A stretch of DNA of 64,000 nt from Octopus sinensis (GCF_006345805.1 NC_043004.1:64170001-64234000); one strand, 5' to 3'; shown: positions 13,894 through 27,934, numbered from the stretch's first letter. Notes: generated by a model not told the origin, from the sequence alone. Translations and numbers: made by a program.

Positions 13894-14319
13894 GATGTGA
13901 TGCACAGTACATTTCCTTGGCGTCTATGCATCATATAAAATACACATTCCTATTTTTTGCCAACCACCAGAGTAACTTGAGACTTACGAAAGGAAAGATT
14001 TATATAACTCAGAACGTATGAAACAAGGGTAATCTAAAAGTCTGAAAGCAAACATTTGAAAATGCTTAGGACAGACAACGGGTTAAATGGAGAGCAATTT
14101 CTATGTTCAAACGCACGATTATGTAGATGAGTAAATTACATCGCAGACGATACACAGGACATATTTTCCTGGCGTCCATGCATCGTATATAATACATGTT
14201 CCCATTTTTTTTCAGCTACCAGAGTAACTTGGGATTTATAAAAGGAAAGCTTTATACTACTCAGAACATGAAACAAGGGTCAACTAAAAGTCTGAAAGCA
14301 AACTTATATAAAAATGCTT
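13894..14319. repeat. Diverged direct repeat, two units of about 174 bp (13894-14067 and 14146-14319)
   Basis: Shared blocks include CCAGAGTAACTTG, AAAGGAAAG, ACTCAGAAC, TGAAACAAGGGT and CTAAAAGTCTGAAAGCAAAC. Confidence 0.85.
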
Positions 14320-14589
14320 TTGATAGGCAAAGGGTAACGAAAAACGAAATAGGTATTGTTTCATTACGTTGGACAGAATATTGATTTCGTTGACGTAGTT
14401 ACTCTTCATAAAAAAAAATAGTTATGTTAACACTACAGAAACAGCAGTTAATATGATGATCTTTTCTGTTCTCTCCATTTCGTGACCATGGCAAAAGAAA
14501 TTGATCTTTGTTGAATCAATAATGCAGCTCGTTTACACAAACGCACTGGTGTCCACTTCTCCTCTTGGTTACCTAGACATGACAGTCAA

Positions 14590-14870
14590 AGTATGCTTGT
14601 TGCTTGCTTATTTGCCTCATGCTCTTGTTTGATGGGGTTGAGGTCACCCCAGGTTAGTGGTCCCTGAGACATCGTCATGAGGAGAGACGACCAGGTTCAC
14701 CAGTGCTCTCAATCATTGGCGGCCCCCGTGCCAGTCCCTCTGCATCCTCCAAGGTGAAGTCGAGCCTCTGGCGATCTTCCTTCGGGTGCGGGGCCTGCAA
14801 TGAGACCCCTTCCAGTCTGCAGATGCTGTGTCGAATGAGCGTAAAGCCCGGATAGAATTTCAAAAGAACC
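14590..14870 (-). mobile_element. Probable RTE-clade LINE 3' end
   Basis: Minus peptide LIRHSICRLEG..KEDRQRLDFTLEDAEGLAR resembles RTE C-termini. It is followed by a short UTR ending in AAGCAAGCAACAAGCA. Confidence 0.4.
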
Positions 14871-14923
14871 ATTTAGGTTGTACGTTGGTAGTCTTAATTG
14901 CAAAAGTATCACAAACAAGAAGT

Positions 14924-15790
14924 GGGTGCAGGCATGGTTCTGGGTTTAAGAAGTTCGCTTCGCAATTACACAGCCCGTGGTTCTGGGTTCGATACAACAA
15001 GTAAGCATCATAGGCAGATGTCTTCTGCTATAGCGCATGGCTAGCCAAATCCTTGTGAGTGGATTTGGTGGACAGAACCTGTGTGGAAGACTATCATGTG
15101 TACATAGTGTGTGTATGCGTGTTTGAGTGTGTCTGTGCGCGTGACTTTGTGTTTGTCCGCACAACCATTTGGCAACGGATATTGGTTTGCTTACATCACC
15201 CTAACTTAGCGGTTCAGCAATAGTGACTGATTGAATAAGTACCAGACTTGAAATAAAAATTACCGCAGCTGTGTGGTAAGTAGCTTGCTTACAAACCACA
15301 TGGTTCCGGGTTCATTCCCACTGCGTGGCACCTTGGGCAAGTGTTTTCTACTATAGCCTCGAGCCGACCAAAGCCTTGTGAGTGGATTTGGTAGACGGAA
15401 ACTGAAAGAAGCCCGTCGTATATATGTATATATGTATGAATGTATGTGTATTTGTTTGTGTGTCTGTGTTTGTCCCCACAACAACCGCGTGACAACTGAT
15501 GCTGGTGTGTTTTCGTCCCCGTAACTGAACGATTCAGCAAAAGTCACCGATAGAATAAGTACTAGGCTTCCAAAGAATAAGTCCTGGGGTCGATTTGCTC
15601 GACTAAAGGCGTCGATTTGCTCGACTAAAGGCAGTACTCCAGCATGGCCGCAGTCAAATGACTGAAACAAGTAAAAGAAAAAGAGAAAAAGAGAGAACTG
15701 AGGGTCGATTTGTTCGACAAAACCCTTTAAGGAGGAAGCCATCAGCATTATCGCAGTCCAATGACCGAAACAAGTCAAAAATAAATAAAT
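14924..15790 (+). mobile_element. Nested family A SINEs: young copy 15263-15695 inside an older copy (14924-15260 plus 15698-15790)
   Basis: The older body breaks at ATAAGTACCAGACTTG.. and resumes at CTGAGGGTCGATTTG. The young copy has an exact 22-bp tandem duplication GTCGATTTGCTCGACTAAAGGC (15589-15632). Confidence 0.8.
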
Positions 15791-16490
15791 ATAAAGTAAA
15801 TAAACAAAAGAATAGATTAGCAGGACAAGTTAGAGTAACTTATACATACACAAGTTATTCTTAATCGATAACAAACAACCTACGCAAATATTCTAGTCTC
15901 AACTCAATACCTACACGTGCCATTGCAAATTATTGAAATTAAAATAAGAAACGCTTTCTCTCGTCTACCCAAAGCCATTCGTGACGGAAAAATCTTCGTT
16001 CAACGGCGTTATCAAAAAGTGATCAGCGCAGTCATAAAGTATTGGAAATGTATTTTCTCTAATCAAAATTACAGTTCTATTTACGAGCTCAATAATGCCA
16101 TTCGATTTCTTAAGTACAGCTGCAATACTTGAAAGCTATGATCCTTATCAAGAGAAACCTCAAGGCATCTTTAATTTTTCAATAAATTCAAATATATAGT
16201 TCTTTATTTTGAAAGATTAAATTAGATAATTTTTTACTGAAGTATAATCGCTTTTGTTTGTATGTTTTTGCCTGTTTGCTTTAATTCTCGTATTTTTGCC
16301 GACCAAATATTCTACTTATTCAAAGACTTTTGCAATATTTTAGTATTCTCATTGTCAAAATCCAACATCGGAAATATCTTAGAATAATCTGCAAATAGCT
16401 TTTAACCCCTTAGCAATATTAACGCCACGTGTATACACACTCGCATATATATATATTTATATTTGTGTATGTGTGTGTGTGTGTGTGTGA

Positions 16491-16955
16491 AGGAGTATGG
16501 CCAAGTGATTAGGATGTTGTGGGGCGAGGAATTACAACCGTGTTTCGTGATCTGCTATCACAACAGCTCCTTTATAGGATCAAGTTAGCTCAAGACATCA
16601 TCAGGAGGAACCACGTCCGGTTTCGGCCCCTACTCCTCTACCGTTTTGACGTGGCGTGTCCCCCCCCCCCTTTGGAGGTGTCTTCAGCTCTGGTGTTGGG
16701 TGCATGTCTTCTTTCTTCTGTTCCCTGGCTTCTTCGATGTATCGTCAGCGAGTGTTCTTGAGCAAAACACTTCATTTCACGTTGGTCCCGTCCACTCAGC
16801 TGCAACTGCGACTGTATGGGATTCTGTAGAGGGGGAATGTTGTCATGCCCGCCTAGCCAGCGGAGTGACGACATTCAAAAAGTATAATGCGATGACGAAC
16901 ATTATAACCAGCAGTGTATAACAACATTCGGTGGTCTGGTTGATACAGTGATACA
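16491..16955 (+). mobile_element. SINE head C with tail X, B-box region replaced by about 215 bp of unrelated GC-rich sequence
   Basis: A-box at about 16498, foreign segment about 16530-16745, core GTGTTCTTGAGCAAAACACTTCATTTCACG at about 16752, tail X to 16955. Confidence 0.65.
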
Positions 16956-17065
16956 GTGACATACATACATACATACATACATACATACATACATACATAC
17001 ATACATACATACATACATACAAACACACATACATACATACATACATACATACATACATACATACA

Positions 17066-17098
<33 letters not shown>

Positions 17099-17119
17099 GA
17101 GTGAGAGACAGACAGACAG

Positions 17120-17259
<140 letters not shown>

Positions 17260-17844
17260 TCATTTCGGTAAAGTGATCGTAGTAATCCATAATAAGAAAA
17301 AGAGGTCAATGATGCGAACAGAGTAAGAATACTTGAGGATTGTTGTACTCTTACAACATGGGCATAAGTTCGACTTTTCTCTCTTCAGAGAAGACTTTTC
17401 TGAGGAGATGGAAGACATCTGTCCATGTTGAAAAAGAACGATAACATATATATATATTATATATAATCCGGAGAATGGATGAAGCAGAGCAGGAAGACAC
17501 ATGTGGGCAGAAAGGGTCGCTGAAGAGGTCTCAGATGTGTGACGAAAGATTTCTGGACAATGGACATAAGATAAAATAAGAACAGAAATAAACGAGTGAA
17601 GAACGAATATATACTGCGTGTGTTCTTTTGGCAAGAAAAAAATGTCCATCCTGAAATATAACAATGTATTTATGTGTGTATATATATATACACACACATA
17701 CACACCCACACAATTACATATGTGTTTTTCTGTGTATGTCTTCAAAAAAGAAAACGTTGACAGGGTAAGAGGAAAAAGAGGAAATTTCAAGTATCGCCGA
17801 ATAAGGGAGGGACTTGCATAGCTAGTGAGTGTGTGAGTGTGTGA

Positions 17845-17920
<76 letters not shown>

Positions 17921-19085
17921 GAAAGAAAGAAAGAGGTTGGATGAAGAAATGTGGATAGACTGCAGAGAGAAAAATACACCTAATTTCGACGACATACTGT
18001 ATCACAAGACCAAACTGAGAGAGTAGACAACATAACACGTGACAAACAACGAAGAGAGAGAAAAAAATTAACTCTGTTATTTAATTTGTCTGTTACTGAT
18101 GTTTTCAAGGAACACCACACTTATAATTTGATTTTGATGTTAGTTATTTTACATTGAATATATTTTAATAAATTATTAGGAAATAAAAATAAAATAATGC
18201 TGGTTTATTGTCGACCGAGACGGATAGTGGTTCTGTAAATTTAGTTTTCTAAATATATAAAACCACCAGGATAAGGAAGTGACAACAAACACAGACAGAC
18301 GGCTACAATGTATAGAGGTATCTACACTGATAAACGAAAGTTATAATGATGGAAGATAAACCATTTTAACGTCGATCTTTTTCCCCCTCCTACAATAACG
18401 ATAGTGATAAAAAAAATTTTCTGTTGAGTAAATTAATCTTCTATGTAATCCATTGGGGATGTAATCTTTGATGGAAGTTGATCGATATCTAGACAAGATC
18501 CAGATCGAAATTATTTATTTTTGTCGAGATAAGTATTGAAAAATAGCGTCTTAAGTATCAAATTTATAAGTATCTGTTAAGACTGCAATAATAAAAATAA
18601 TGATTTTCTTTGTTATCGTACGTCCATCACAAGGCGATATTTTGTAACAAGAATTGAGCTCGCTATGTATGTATATATGTATGTATTTGTGTCTGTGTAC
18701 AGAATCGCCGCACGAATACTGCAGTATATTTGCTTTACGTGATGTATTTACGTTAAATATGATAGAAAGTTGGCTATTTTTATCTGGTACGCTTTCGTTG
18801 CATACTATGGATTTTTATTCAGCCGGGCGACGATTCGCAATACCAGTGACTGTTCAATCAGATTTCTAATATCAGTAGTAGATTTTATTTTAGTATACGA
18901 TTGTCCGTGAGTACATGCTACCGACAACGGTCATAAATGCAGAAATGTTGCATCTAGTAATCTCCTCAACAGCTGCTAAGATGATTTTCGTCCGCTTCTG
19001 ATATATATATATATTGTGTTTTTTTTAACACGGTACGTCCATAAGAGATATAATCACCTGACGAATACCCCAGTACACAGATGGA

Positions 19086-19180
<95 letters not shown>

Positions 19181-19558
19181 ACTTATATTCTAATGACTTA
19201 ATGGGATGAAAAGCTTAGATGATCTCTGAACCTAGTGGATATATGTTCGGCATTAGACAGACAGCAACAAGCGGAACTTCACATATATTGTAAACTGCGA
19301 CAGCAAGGAAATTTACAATCGATCCATTAGGATTTTGCTTTCTGTACTTTCCTTAGAATGTGCCATTCTTTGTCTGGCACATGGTGTACTTGCACCAGTT
19401 CAAATTAGATAATTAGGACAATTGAGCCAGAGGACTTTATGCAGATTATGCAGTAAAAGACACATCCTAATGCAATTCCACCGAAGTGTACAGGGGCTGT
19501 GTCAGTGATCAGGTCGCAGATGTGCGACGAAAATTCTCAATTCTCAAGAAATAAATTA

Positions 19559-19644
<86 letters not shown>

Positions 19645-20034
19645 TGTACTTACATAACTAAAACCGTTTCCTGCGATGTAATTATCGCCTTCTTTTTTAG
19701 CTATTTATTTATTTATCACTGAACGCTTTTATGTCGCTCTCTGCGGGAAAGCTCAACATATATAAGGGTGTGTGTGAATATGTGTGTCTACGCATGCGCG
19801 TATATATATATAAGCATATACACATATACATCGAAACACTGTAAAACAAAAATACATCAAACTCAACTGCACTTTCTTCACCTGCAAAGGTTTATCATTC
19901 ACAAATAGTCATGACTCCGCCAACATTTTTGTGATGTTCATAATATACCTTCACGTGAATCCAATTAACATTAATTAATTCCCAAACCAGGTGTTTTAAC
20001 ACTGTGAATTAATGTCTAATATTACGCATGCAAT

Positions 20035-20371
20035 GAGGTGCAGCCGTGGCTATTTGGTAAGAAATTTGCTTTCGAACCATAGAACTTTGAGTTCAGTCCC
20101 GCCGCGGAACATTTTATCGACCAAAGGTTTGCAGGTGGATTTGATAAACGGAAACTGAAAGAAGCTGTCGTATATAATGCTTGTGCGTATGTGTTTGAGC
20201 CCCATCACCGATGTTGGCTTGTTTTCCTCCCTCGTCACTTAGCGGGTTGTCAAAATATACCGATTGAATACGTACCAGACTTTTAGAATAAGTACTGGAG
20301 TCGACTAAACCCTTCGTGGTGGTGCTCCAGCATGACCACCGTCCAGTGACTGAAACAAGTAAAAGATAAGA
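20035..20371 (+). mobile_element. SINE family A (diverged)
   Basis: GGATTTGATAAACGGAAACTGAAAGAAG..GTGCTCCAGCATG..GACTGAAACAAGTAAAAGA. Confidence 0.75.
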
Positions 20372-20587
20372 TATTTATGCATAGATACAAAAGTAGGTGG
20401 GTAGATGAGCTGGTGTGTGTGTGTGTGTGCGTGTGTGCATGCGTGTACGTGTGCGTGCGTGCGTGTACGTGTGTGTGTGTGTTCCAAAAATTTTACTGGA
20501 AACACAACAAACGGAAAATTCACACATAGGACGTTGCTAATCCCTCGTCACTTATCATCAAAAGATCATAACAGTTTCACGCCCTGG

Positions 20588-20835
20588 ACGCATGGCTAAG
20601 TGGTTAGAGTGTTGTAATTACGATCGCGAGGTCGTAGGTTCGATTTCTGCGTTGGGTGGTGCGTTATGATTTCGAGCATAAAACACCTCTTTTCACATTG
20701 CTCTGCAATCACTTCGACACCTGAGAGGCGGCATACCTGTGCGCCTGGATATGCAACATCGATTTGATGGGGGAAATGAACTGATGTACAGCGAGAACAT
20801 TTGATCACCAGAAACAAATTATCCATCCAGGTTAT
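20588..20835 (+). mobile_element. SINE head C with tail V
   Basis: TGGCTAAGTGG and GGTTCGATT boxes. The tail (GATGTACA..ATTTGATCAC..AAACAAAT) is shared with the minus-strand copy at 27935-28130. Confidence 0.6.
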
Positions 20836-21543
20836 GCGACAAGAATTTGCAGAACCATCTCTCTTCGACTCGAGAGACAAACACACATATATACATGCGT
20901 GTGTGTGTATGTCTGTGTGTGTGTGCGCGCGCACGTGTGCATATGCAGGCAAACATACAGTTATGCATGTGGACATACACGTATACACGTATGTATGTAG
21001 GTTCGTATGTAGTGAAAGAGGGAGGCAAAAATGTAGCACCAATATATGTAACAAGAGAACGTATACGTGTGTATATGTACATACGCGTGTGCATACATTT
21101 GCGTCTGTATGTATGTATGTATATGTGTGCATGTGTGATAGGTAGTTGTTTAAAGCCCTACTAATTCTTTGGTTTAGCAGCAAGTTAGCATTGACCAAAG
21201 AATGAACAGCCTGGCAGACTCAAGCCAAGCGTTTAGAATTGGCAAAGGAATTAATATAGTTTTAAGTAAGTATGTTAAGTGGAGCGTGAAACGAGAACTC
21301 TTCGGTTCTTTTTAGTAATGAATAATTGAATCAACTCGAAGCGGATGTTATTTACAAAACAACAACAACAATTACTACAACCACAAAGATTATAATTAAT
21401 TCACGCATATATGGTTATGCGTGTGTGTGTGTGTATGTGTGTGTGTGCGTAATTATGTACGTGTGTACGTATCTAATAGTGTATATATGCAGCATTGTAA
21501 TTGTGTGTATAGATAGATATACAGGTAAACGGGCATACAGGCT

Positions 21544-21728
<185 letters not shown>

Positions 21729-21827
21729 GTAGATAGATACAGAGACCGCGCAAAAGCCAATGAAGATTAATTTTGAATGTTGTATTCCAGAATGGCCTTG
21801 ATCGCGATAATTAAGAGAAACTAAAGA

Positions 21828-21932
<105 letters not shown>

Positions 21933-21936
21933 TATG

Positions 21937-21967
<31 letters not shown>

Positions 21968-22895
21968 GTGTGTGTGTATGTGTGTGTGTGATACAAGCTT
22001 TCAAATATATATCTATACATACGTGTATGTACGTACGTACGTATGTATGTATGTATGTATGTATGTACTATGTATGTATGTATGTATGTATGTACTATGT
22101 ATGTATGTATGTAAGTATGTATGTAAGTATGTATGTATTATATATTTCAGTAAATCAGTAAATAATTGAAAGACGGTCAATAAAAGAGTTTTTAGGTATT
22201 TTTTTCTTTAAATAAAAAAGGTTTAAAAACAGAAATTGTTACATTGATTCGAGTTTAACGAGAAAAAAAACAACACACGTATCGAATGAAAGAAAAAGAA
22301 AATATATATACATATATATAAAGGCAAAGAAAGAAAAAATATAAATAAAATTAGCTACTCTTCTAGAAAAAAAATCTTGAAGTCTTCTTCCATAAAAGGT
22401 GTGATAAAAATAATAGGTTAGAGATTTGGTGTAAATGTTATAAAAATGTGTTTAGTAGTTTTGATTTTAACGGGGATAATTTGAAGGAAGTTTAATGGGT
22501 AGGTAGGTAGGTAAGTAGGTGGGTAAGTAGGTAGGTAGGTAGGCAGGTAGGCAGGTAGGCAGGCAGGCAGACAGGCAGGTACGTAGTTTGGGAAGTATGG
22601 ATGAATGGATGTAGGTAGGTAGTTAAGTAGTCAGGTGTATTTGTACCTATGTATGTACGTAGGTAGGGAAGTGCGGCTGGATGAATGACTGGCTGGCTAG
22701 GTGGCTAGGTGGCTGGTTGGAGGTATGTAAGTATTTAGATGTATATGTGTAGGTAGAGGGAAGGGAGGGGGGACGAAGCGAAGCATGGAGAAACGTATGG
22801 AAGATAATAACCGAAGAATTATCACAGGAAATTGAAATCTACCAGAATCAATCTTCCTTGATGTGATCAGCTTTCTCTTTCTCTCCTTGTGTGCG

Positions 22896-22928
<33 letters not shown>

Positions 22929-23024
22929 ATATGTATGTATTTGTATGTAAGTATTTGTATATATATGTATTTGTGTATATATATATATGTTTTTGTATGT
23001 ATGTATGTATATATATATATATAT

Positions 23025-23130
23025 ATAGGCGCAGGAGTGGCTCTGTGTTAAATAGCTTGCTTACCAACCACATGGTTCCAGTTTTATTCCCACTGCGTGG
23101 CACCTTGGGCAAGTGTCTTTCTACTATAGC
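23025..23130 (+). mobile_element. SINE family A 5' head, truncated at the core
   Basis: ATAGGCGCAGGAGTGG..CCACTGCGTGGCACCTTGGGCAAGTGTCTT(T)CTACTATAGC, then an abrupt switch to the LINE fragment. Confidence 0.85.
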
Positions 23131-23520
23131 ATGGCATGGAAGGCGGCCAGCACAATAACGACATGTCAATGGGTGGGGTGGGGGTGGGGCAAAAGAATCG
23201 ACAATGGATCCGCAGCGGCATTTGTGAGGCACACAGATCTGGAGGCCAAATGCCAGGGAAATACTGATACAGAAACTAGCCATCAAGCTGCGTACCCGTC
23301 GAGAGTGGTGGCACTGCATTGAGCGAGGCACCACTGTGACGCTGGGAGGCCGAGCGGAAACATACCAAACAGTGGTGGTCAAGATATGCACCAGCCTTCT
23401 GGAGATCATGCTGCCCTGGATGGAATCCAGTTTTTGTTTTGTAGGGGGCCGGTCTTCCTCAAAGGGGAGAAGAGGTGGACGTTCGCAGGGCGGAAGCTGA
23501 GCTGACCTTGTCAGAAAACT
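23128..23520 (-). pseudogene. CRE-like RLE non-LTR retrotransposon fragment (CCHC zinc-knuckle region)
   Basis: Minus peptides LDHHCLVCFRSASQRHSGASLNAVP..GTQLD and FCISISLAFGLQICVPHKCRCGSIVDSF..HPLTCRYCAGRLPCHA. This matches the C-x-C..H..C..RH knuckle that precedes the restriction-like endonuclease. Confidence 0.75.
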
Positions 23521-24164
23521 ACGATAAAGATAATTTTAGCGTTAATTCAAATAACACTAGAAAAAGATGAACGAATTTATCCGACAGCTTAATGAATAAA
23601 ATATAAAATATTAGAACGAAGGCAGCAATAATATAGACATGAACGCAGCAATTTATAAATAAATTTCCCACATACGGAGATTGCGATCCCCTTTTCATTT
23701 CCACTATTAACCAGATTAATTCTCTCATGTTGCTAATACTCTCCCAAAAGATATAAACACCGTGTCATCTAATTTCAGAAACAGTGTAAACACGAAGCGT
23801 TGCGTCTAATAAAAGAAATTTTATTTTGGTGTTGAGGTGCGAAAAGAAGGCGAGAAGAAAAGTGTTGATGTGTATATTTTCTGCCAGTGTGGCGAGATGA
23901 GTAAGGAAATCCTATGTTGTGTTGTTTATGTTATGACTGATGAAGGTAATATCTGAAAGAACGGTAACAGATAAATATATATATACAGGTGAAAGAGCTA
24001 ACTCATCATGTTGCAATTAAGTGTGCATTGAGAGCATCGCTTCTGAGAGCGGAGAAAGTCCGAGAGCGGAGAAAGTCCGAGAGTAGCCGGAAACAGAAGT
24101 GAATTAATTGTATTTGACGAAAGGAAGACGTACGTGCATACTCGCATACACACACACACATTTA

Positions 24165-24201
<37 letters not shown>

Positions 24202-24571
24202 TATAGTGTTCGTTCTGATGTGGTTGGAGAAAGAAGCATCAAGTTGTACTGGCGAGATTCCACCATTGAATAATCGAGGTGAGATTGCTTGTGGATGACG
24301 AAAGATTTGTGATGGTAAAGAAGAAGAAGAAGAAGAAGAAGAAGAAGAAGAAGAAGAAGAAGAAGAAGGAGAAGGAGAAGAAGAACGACCATAACAACCA
24401 CAAGTGTCTAAATGTCTGAGATGGGCTGGGTTAAGCGATTAAAGGCGTTGAGCGCAAACATAAAGATTCTTCGTTCGAATCCAATAAGACACCTGATGAC
24501 GACCGACGATCAAACTGAAGCAATTGAAACGCGGTGTAATTATACAAATATGGTAAATATATATTCTAGAG

Positions 24572-24830
24572 ACGCAGCCTGGTAGATTGGCTTAGGAGAT
24601 CACTTCGCAATCACGAGATAACGGGTTCGAATCTCATTAAGTGATATCTTGATCAAAGGTTTTTACCTCAGTCTTAGGTCAACCCAAGTGTTATGAGCGA
24701 ACGTAGGCCGTGTAGAAGTCCGTCGGGATTGTGCCTTTAATTTTAATGACCTAGCCTTGTCCCATTGTGTCATGTTGATTCATTAAGGCTACAGGTACCT
24801 GTGAGATTAAATGAACAGGTAGGTTAGTTG
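24572..24830 (+). mobile_element. Old SINE with an A-type head and a Z-type tail
   Basis: GGGTTCGAATC B-box and an A-like body to GAAGTCCGTCG, then CTAGCCTTGTCCCATTGTGTCATGTTGA, similar to tail Z. Confidence 0.45.
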
Positions 24831-25039
24831 ATTGAGCAAATGAATATTCGTGGTCGAAACTGACGAAGATCCATTACTTATATTCAGCATATGAGATTAA
24901 AAGTAGAAAAAAATAATAAAATAGTAATCAAAGAATAGTTAACAGAAAAATGGTAGCTTAATCAGAGACCATCTTATGAGCTTTTAACTGGGCCTCTAAA
25001 CGTATTTTAATAATATCATTTTATTTTTAAACAAAGCCA

Positions 25040-25450
25040 GTAATTTGAGGTGGATACAGTTCGCCGATTACATCGACCCCATTCAATGCATCACTTTTAC
25101 TTTATTTTATCGACGCCGGAGGAATAAAAGGGCAAAACTAACTCAGCAGGATTTGAACTCAGAACGTAAAACGAACGGACGCAAAGACGTTTATTTCCAA
25201 ACTCTCTAATGTTTCTGCCAGTCCGCCATCGTGTCTGATGGCTTCTGATTGAAGCACAGGGCCAACATTTTTTAGTAAGGGGTGGGGAAATTAATCAATA
25301 CCATCTACAAATATTTGGTTGGTATTTTTATTTTATCGAACAAGAGAGAACGAAGGGCAAAGTTGACCTTGGCGGGATTTGAAACCGGGACAGAAAAAGC
25401 CGGAAGAAATACGCATGGCATTTTATCCGACGCTCAAACGATTGTATCAG
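25040..25450 (-). mobile_element. Two tandem family D SINE copies (about 25040-25230 and 25280-25450)
   Basis: Both contain TTTTATCGA..GGCAAA..GG(C)GGGATTTGAA motifs. Confidence 0.7.
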
Positions 25451-25527
25451 CTTTTGTAATAATAACAAAAGACATCACATCCCCGCCTTCGCTTTTGTCT
25501 TCCTTTTTATCATCATGCCAAACGCAG

Positions 25528-25567
<40 letters not shown>

Positions 25568-25996
25568 TGTCGGCACCCATACCACCATCAGCTTTTTGCA
25601 GAATAAGTGGAAGAATGAGTATGAGAAAGAAAGTGGCAAAGAACCAGAGAGCGAGAGAAAAACAGAGAAAAATGAGATTCTGCCAAAATATCAAAGATTA
25701 AACGATATGAAAATGATATTGGCCATTTATGGCAAGAAATACTGTTGTTGTAGTTGTAGTTGTTGTTGTGTGGTGTGGGGTGGGGTGAGGAAGAATGTAA
25801 GATGAAAGAGGTGGTTAGAGGGAGAGAAGATTCACAGCAAGTGTCTATCCGTTGCTCAGCAACAAATCCTCACGCATTTATGCGTTGCTAATCAACAAGC
25901 TTAAGTCTGATTCCTGATTCCTTTTTACAGTCATATCAATATTACATTAGATAGAATAGATAGATAGACAGATAGATAGATACATACATACATACA

Positions 25997-26028
<32 letters not shown>

Positions 26029-26083
26029 GAGAGACAGTGAGATTCACACACACACATACATATACACAGACAGACAGATAGAC

Positions 26084-26160
<77 letters not shown>

Positions 26161-26466
26161 TGATCTTTCATTCCTGGTCATTCCTGGTTGTATTCCGTCA
26201 ATCAAGACACGGACGGTTCACATAAATTCTTACTTACGTTCTTTGACATCCATGCACATAAAACTAGACTTAAATCGACACCCTGCTTATCACCCCTACA
26301 GGTACCGGGTCACTGAGTGCCTTTAACGAAGTTCATTGCGTCGTAAACAGTGAAACTGAGACGTTCAACTGCACAGTCACGTGTTTCCGGCTTCGATGTC
26401 ACTGCGCATGTGTCTTCGTTCATAACCACGGTTTTGGCGATTTGAGTGAAATTTAGCAGATAGAAG

Positions 26467-26526
<60 letters not shown>

Positions 26527-26730
26527 TCGTGTGCGTGGTGCGTGCGTGGGGTGCGTGTGTGTGTGTGTGCGTGCGTGTGTGTGTGTGTGCGTGTGTGTGT
26601 GTGCGTGTGTGTGTGTGTGTGTGTTGTACCGGGATGTTTACATTAAGTAATCATAAAATACGTCTAAGAGAAAAACCAAGTGGCGGCCATAGTTGGAAAT
26701 TCTTTGGTCATAAGATGGATTCCTAGAGCT

Positions 26731-27252
26731 CAACAACTGGCACTCCGTCGGTTACGACGATGAGGGTTCCAATTGATCCGATCAACGGAACAACCTGCTC
26801 GTGAAATTAACATGCAAGTGGCTGAGCGCTACACAGACACGCGTACCCTTAACGTAGTTCTCAGGAATATTCAGGGTGACACAGAATGTAACAAGGTTGG
26901 CCCTTTGAAATACAGGTACTAGTCATTTTCGCCAGCTGAGTGGACTGGAGCAAATTGAAATAAAGTGCCTTGCTGAAAGACACAACGCGTCGCCGGGAAT
27001 TGAACTCACGGCCTTACGATCGTGAACTGAATACCCTAACCCAGTGGTTCTTAAAGGCCTCTAAAGGTTTCTTTTTCTAACAGTTTACATAGTCCAACCT
27101 ACACAAGTTATTGTGTGAGAAACGAAATAGGAATTTTGAAAGAGGTTTCTATAGAACTAGTTTGTAAACACTGAATAAGATAGTAATCAAAATGTTCCTC
27201 AGATAACAAAATGGTTTGAGAACCCCTGCCCTAAACATTAAGCCACACACCA
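26731..27252 (-). mobile_element. SINE head C with tail Z, interrupted by a hAT MITE
   Basis: Near-colinear with the copy at 46846-47117 once 27042-27228 and one TSD copy are removed. Confidence 0.85.
27042..27228. mobile_element. hAT (Charlie-like) MITE, 187 bp
   Basis: TIRs CAGTGGTTCTTAAA / CAGGGGTTCTCAAA (reverse complement of the right end). 8-bp TSD CCCTAACC (27034-27041) / CCCTAAAC (27229-27236). Internal CAACCTACACAAGTTA is shared with 33966-34640. Confidence 0.85.
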
Positions 27253-27934
27253 TCACCAAGGGCTCGACTGCTACAACGGTAACAAAGGGAATTCGTCTCA
27301 CCGTGGAGACTATATGAACGCTGTAAATGAGACTAACATATATCGGTGTGTTGGCAGAATCTGTAAAGATTTGAACAAAAATGATTGTCGTATCTACGTT
27401 CTGGGTTCAAATCCTACGGAAATTAATTTTTCCTTTCATTCTTCAGTGTTAGAGAGAACAATGAAATCAAATACCAGGCATATAGAGTGGTCGAGTTATA
27501 TTCCTATAAAATACATTTTAGATATGAATAGATCCATAATGAAAGACTAGAACCAAAACCCAGTGAGGGGAACTCTAGGTGGTCGTGACACTGTTAGAAA
27601 TAACAGCAAAGTGCCCTAGAAAACTCTTCCTTCTGCCTCTTCTAATAAAATAAATGGTTGAATATACGGGAAAAGTGCTCTTAGGAAATAGCTTAATATA
27701 ATCACAGATAGCGTTATTAAACGATTATTTTTATCACAATGAGTGAATCCCCAAATAATTCCCTACCTTTTCTTTTCTGTTTTATATAAATTGGTGACGT
27801 AAATGCGGTCATGCTGGAGCACCTTCTTGAAGAATTTTAGTCGAACGAATCGACCCCACCCCTCGCATTGATTGTATTTTTTTTTAAAGCCAGGTATCTA
27901 TTTAATAATATTATGGACTCTCCCGACGTTAGAC

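Noticed and set aside
21164-21203. 10-bp stem hairpin as a pre-miRNA
   Set aside because: The stem is too short and the loop too poorly paired.
24489-24537. ACAC-CTGATGA..GAAACGCG-GTGT hammerhead-like motif
   Set aside because: Stem II does not pair and the NUH cleavage triplet is missing; at best a fossil.
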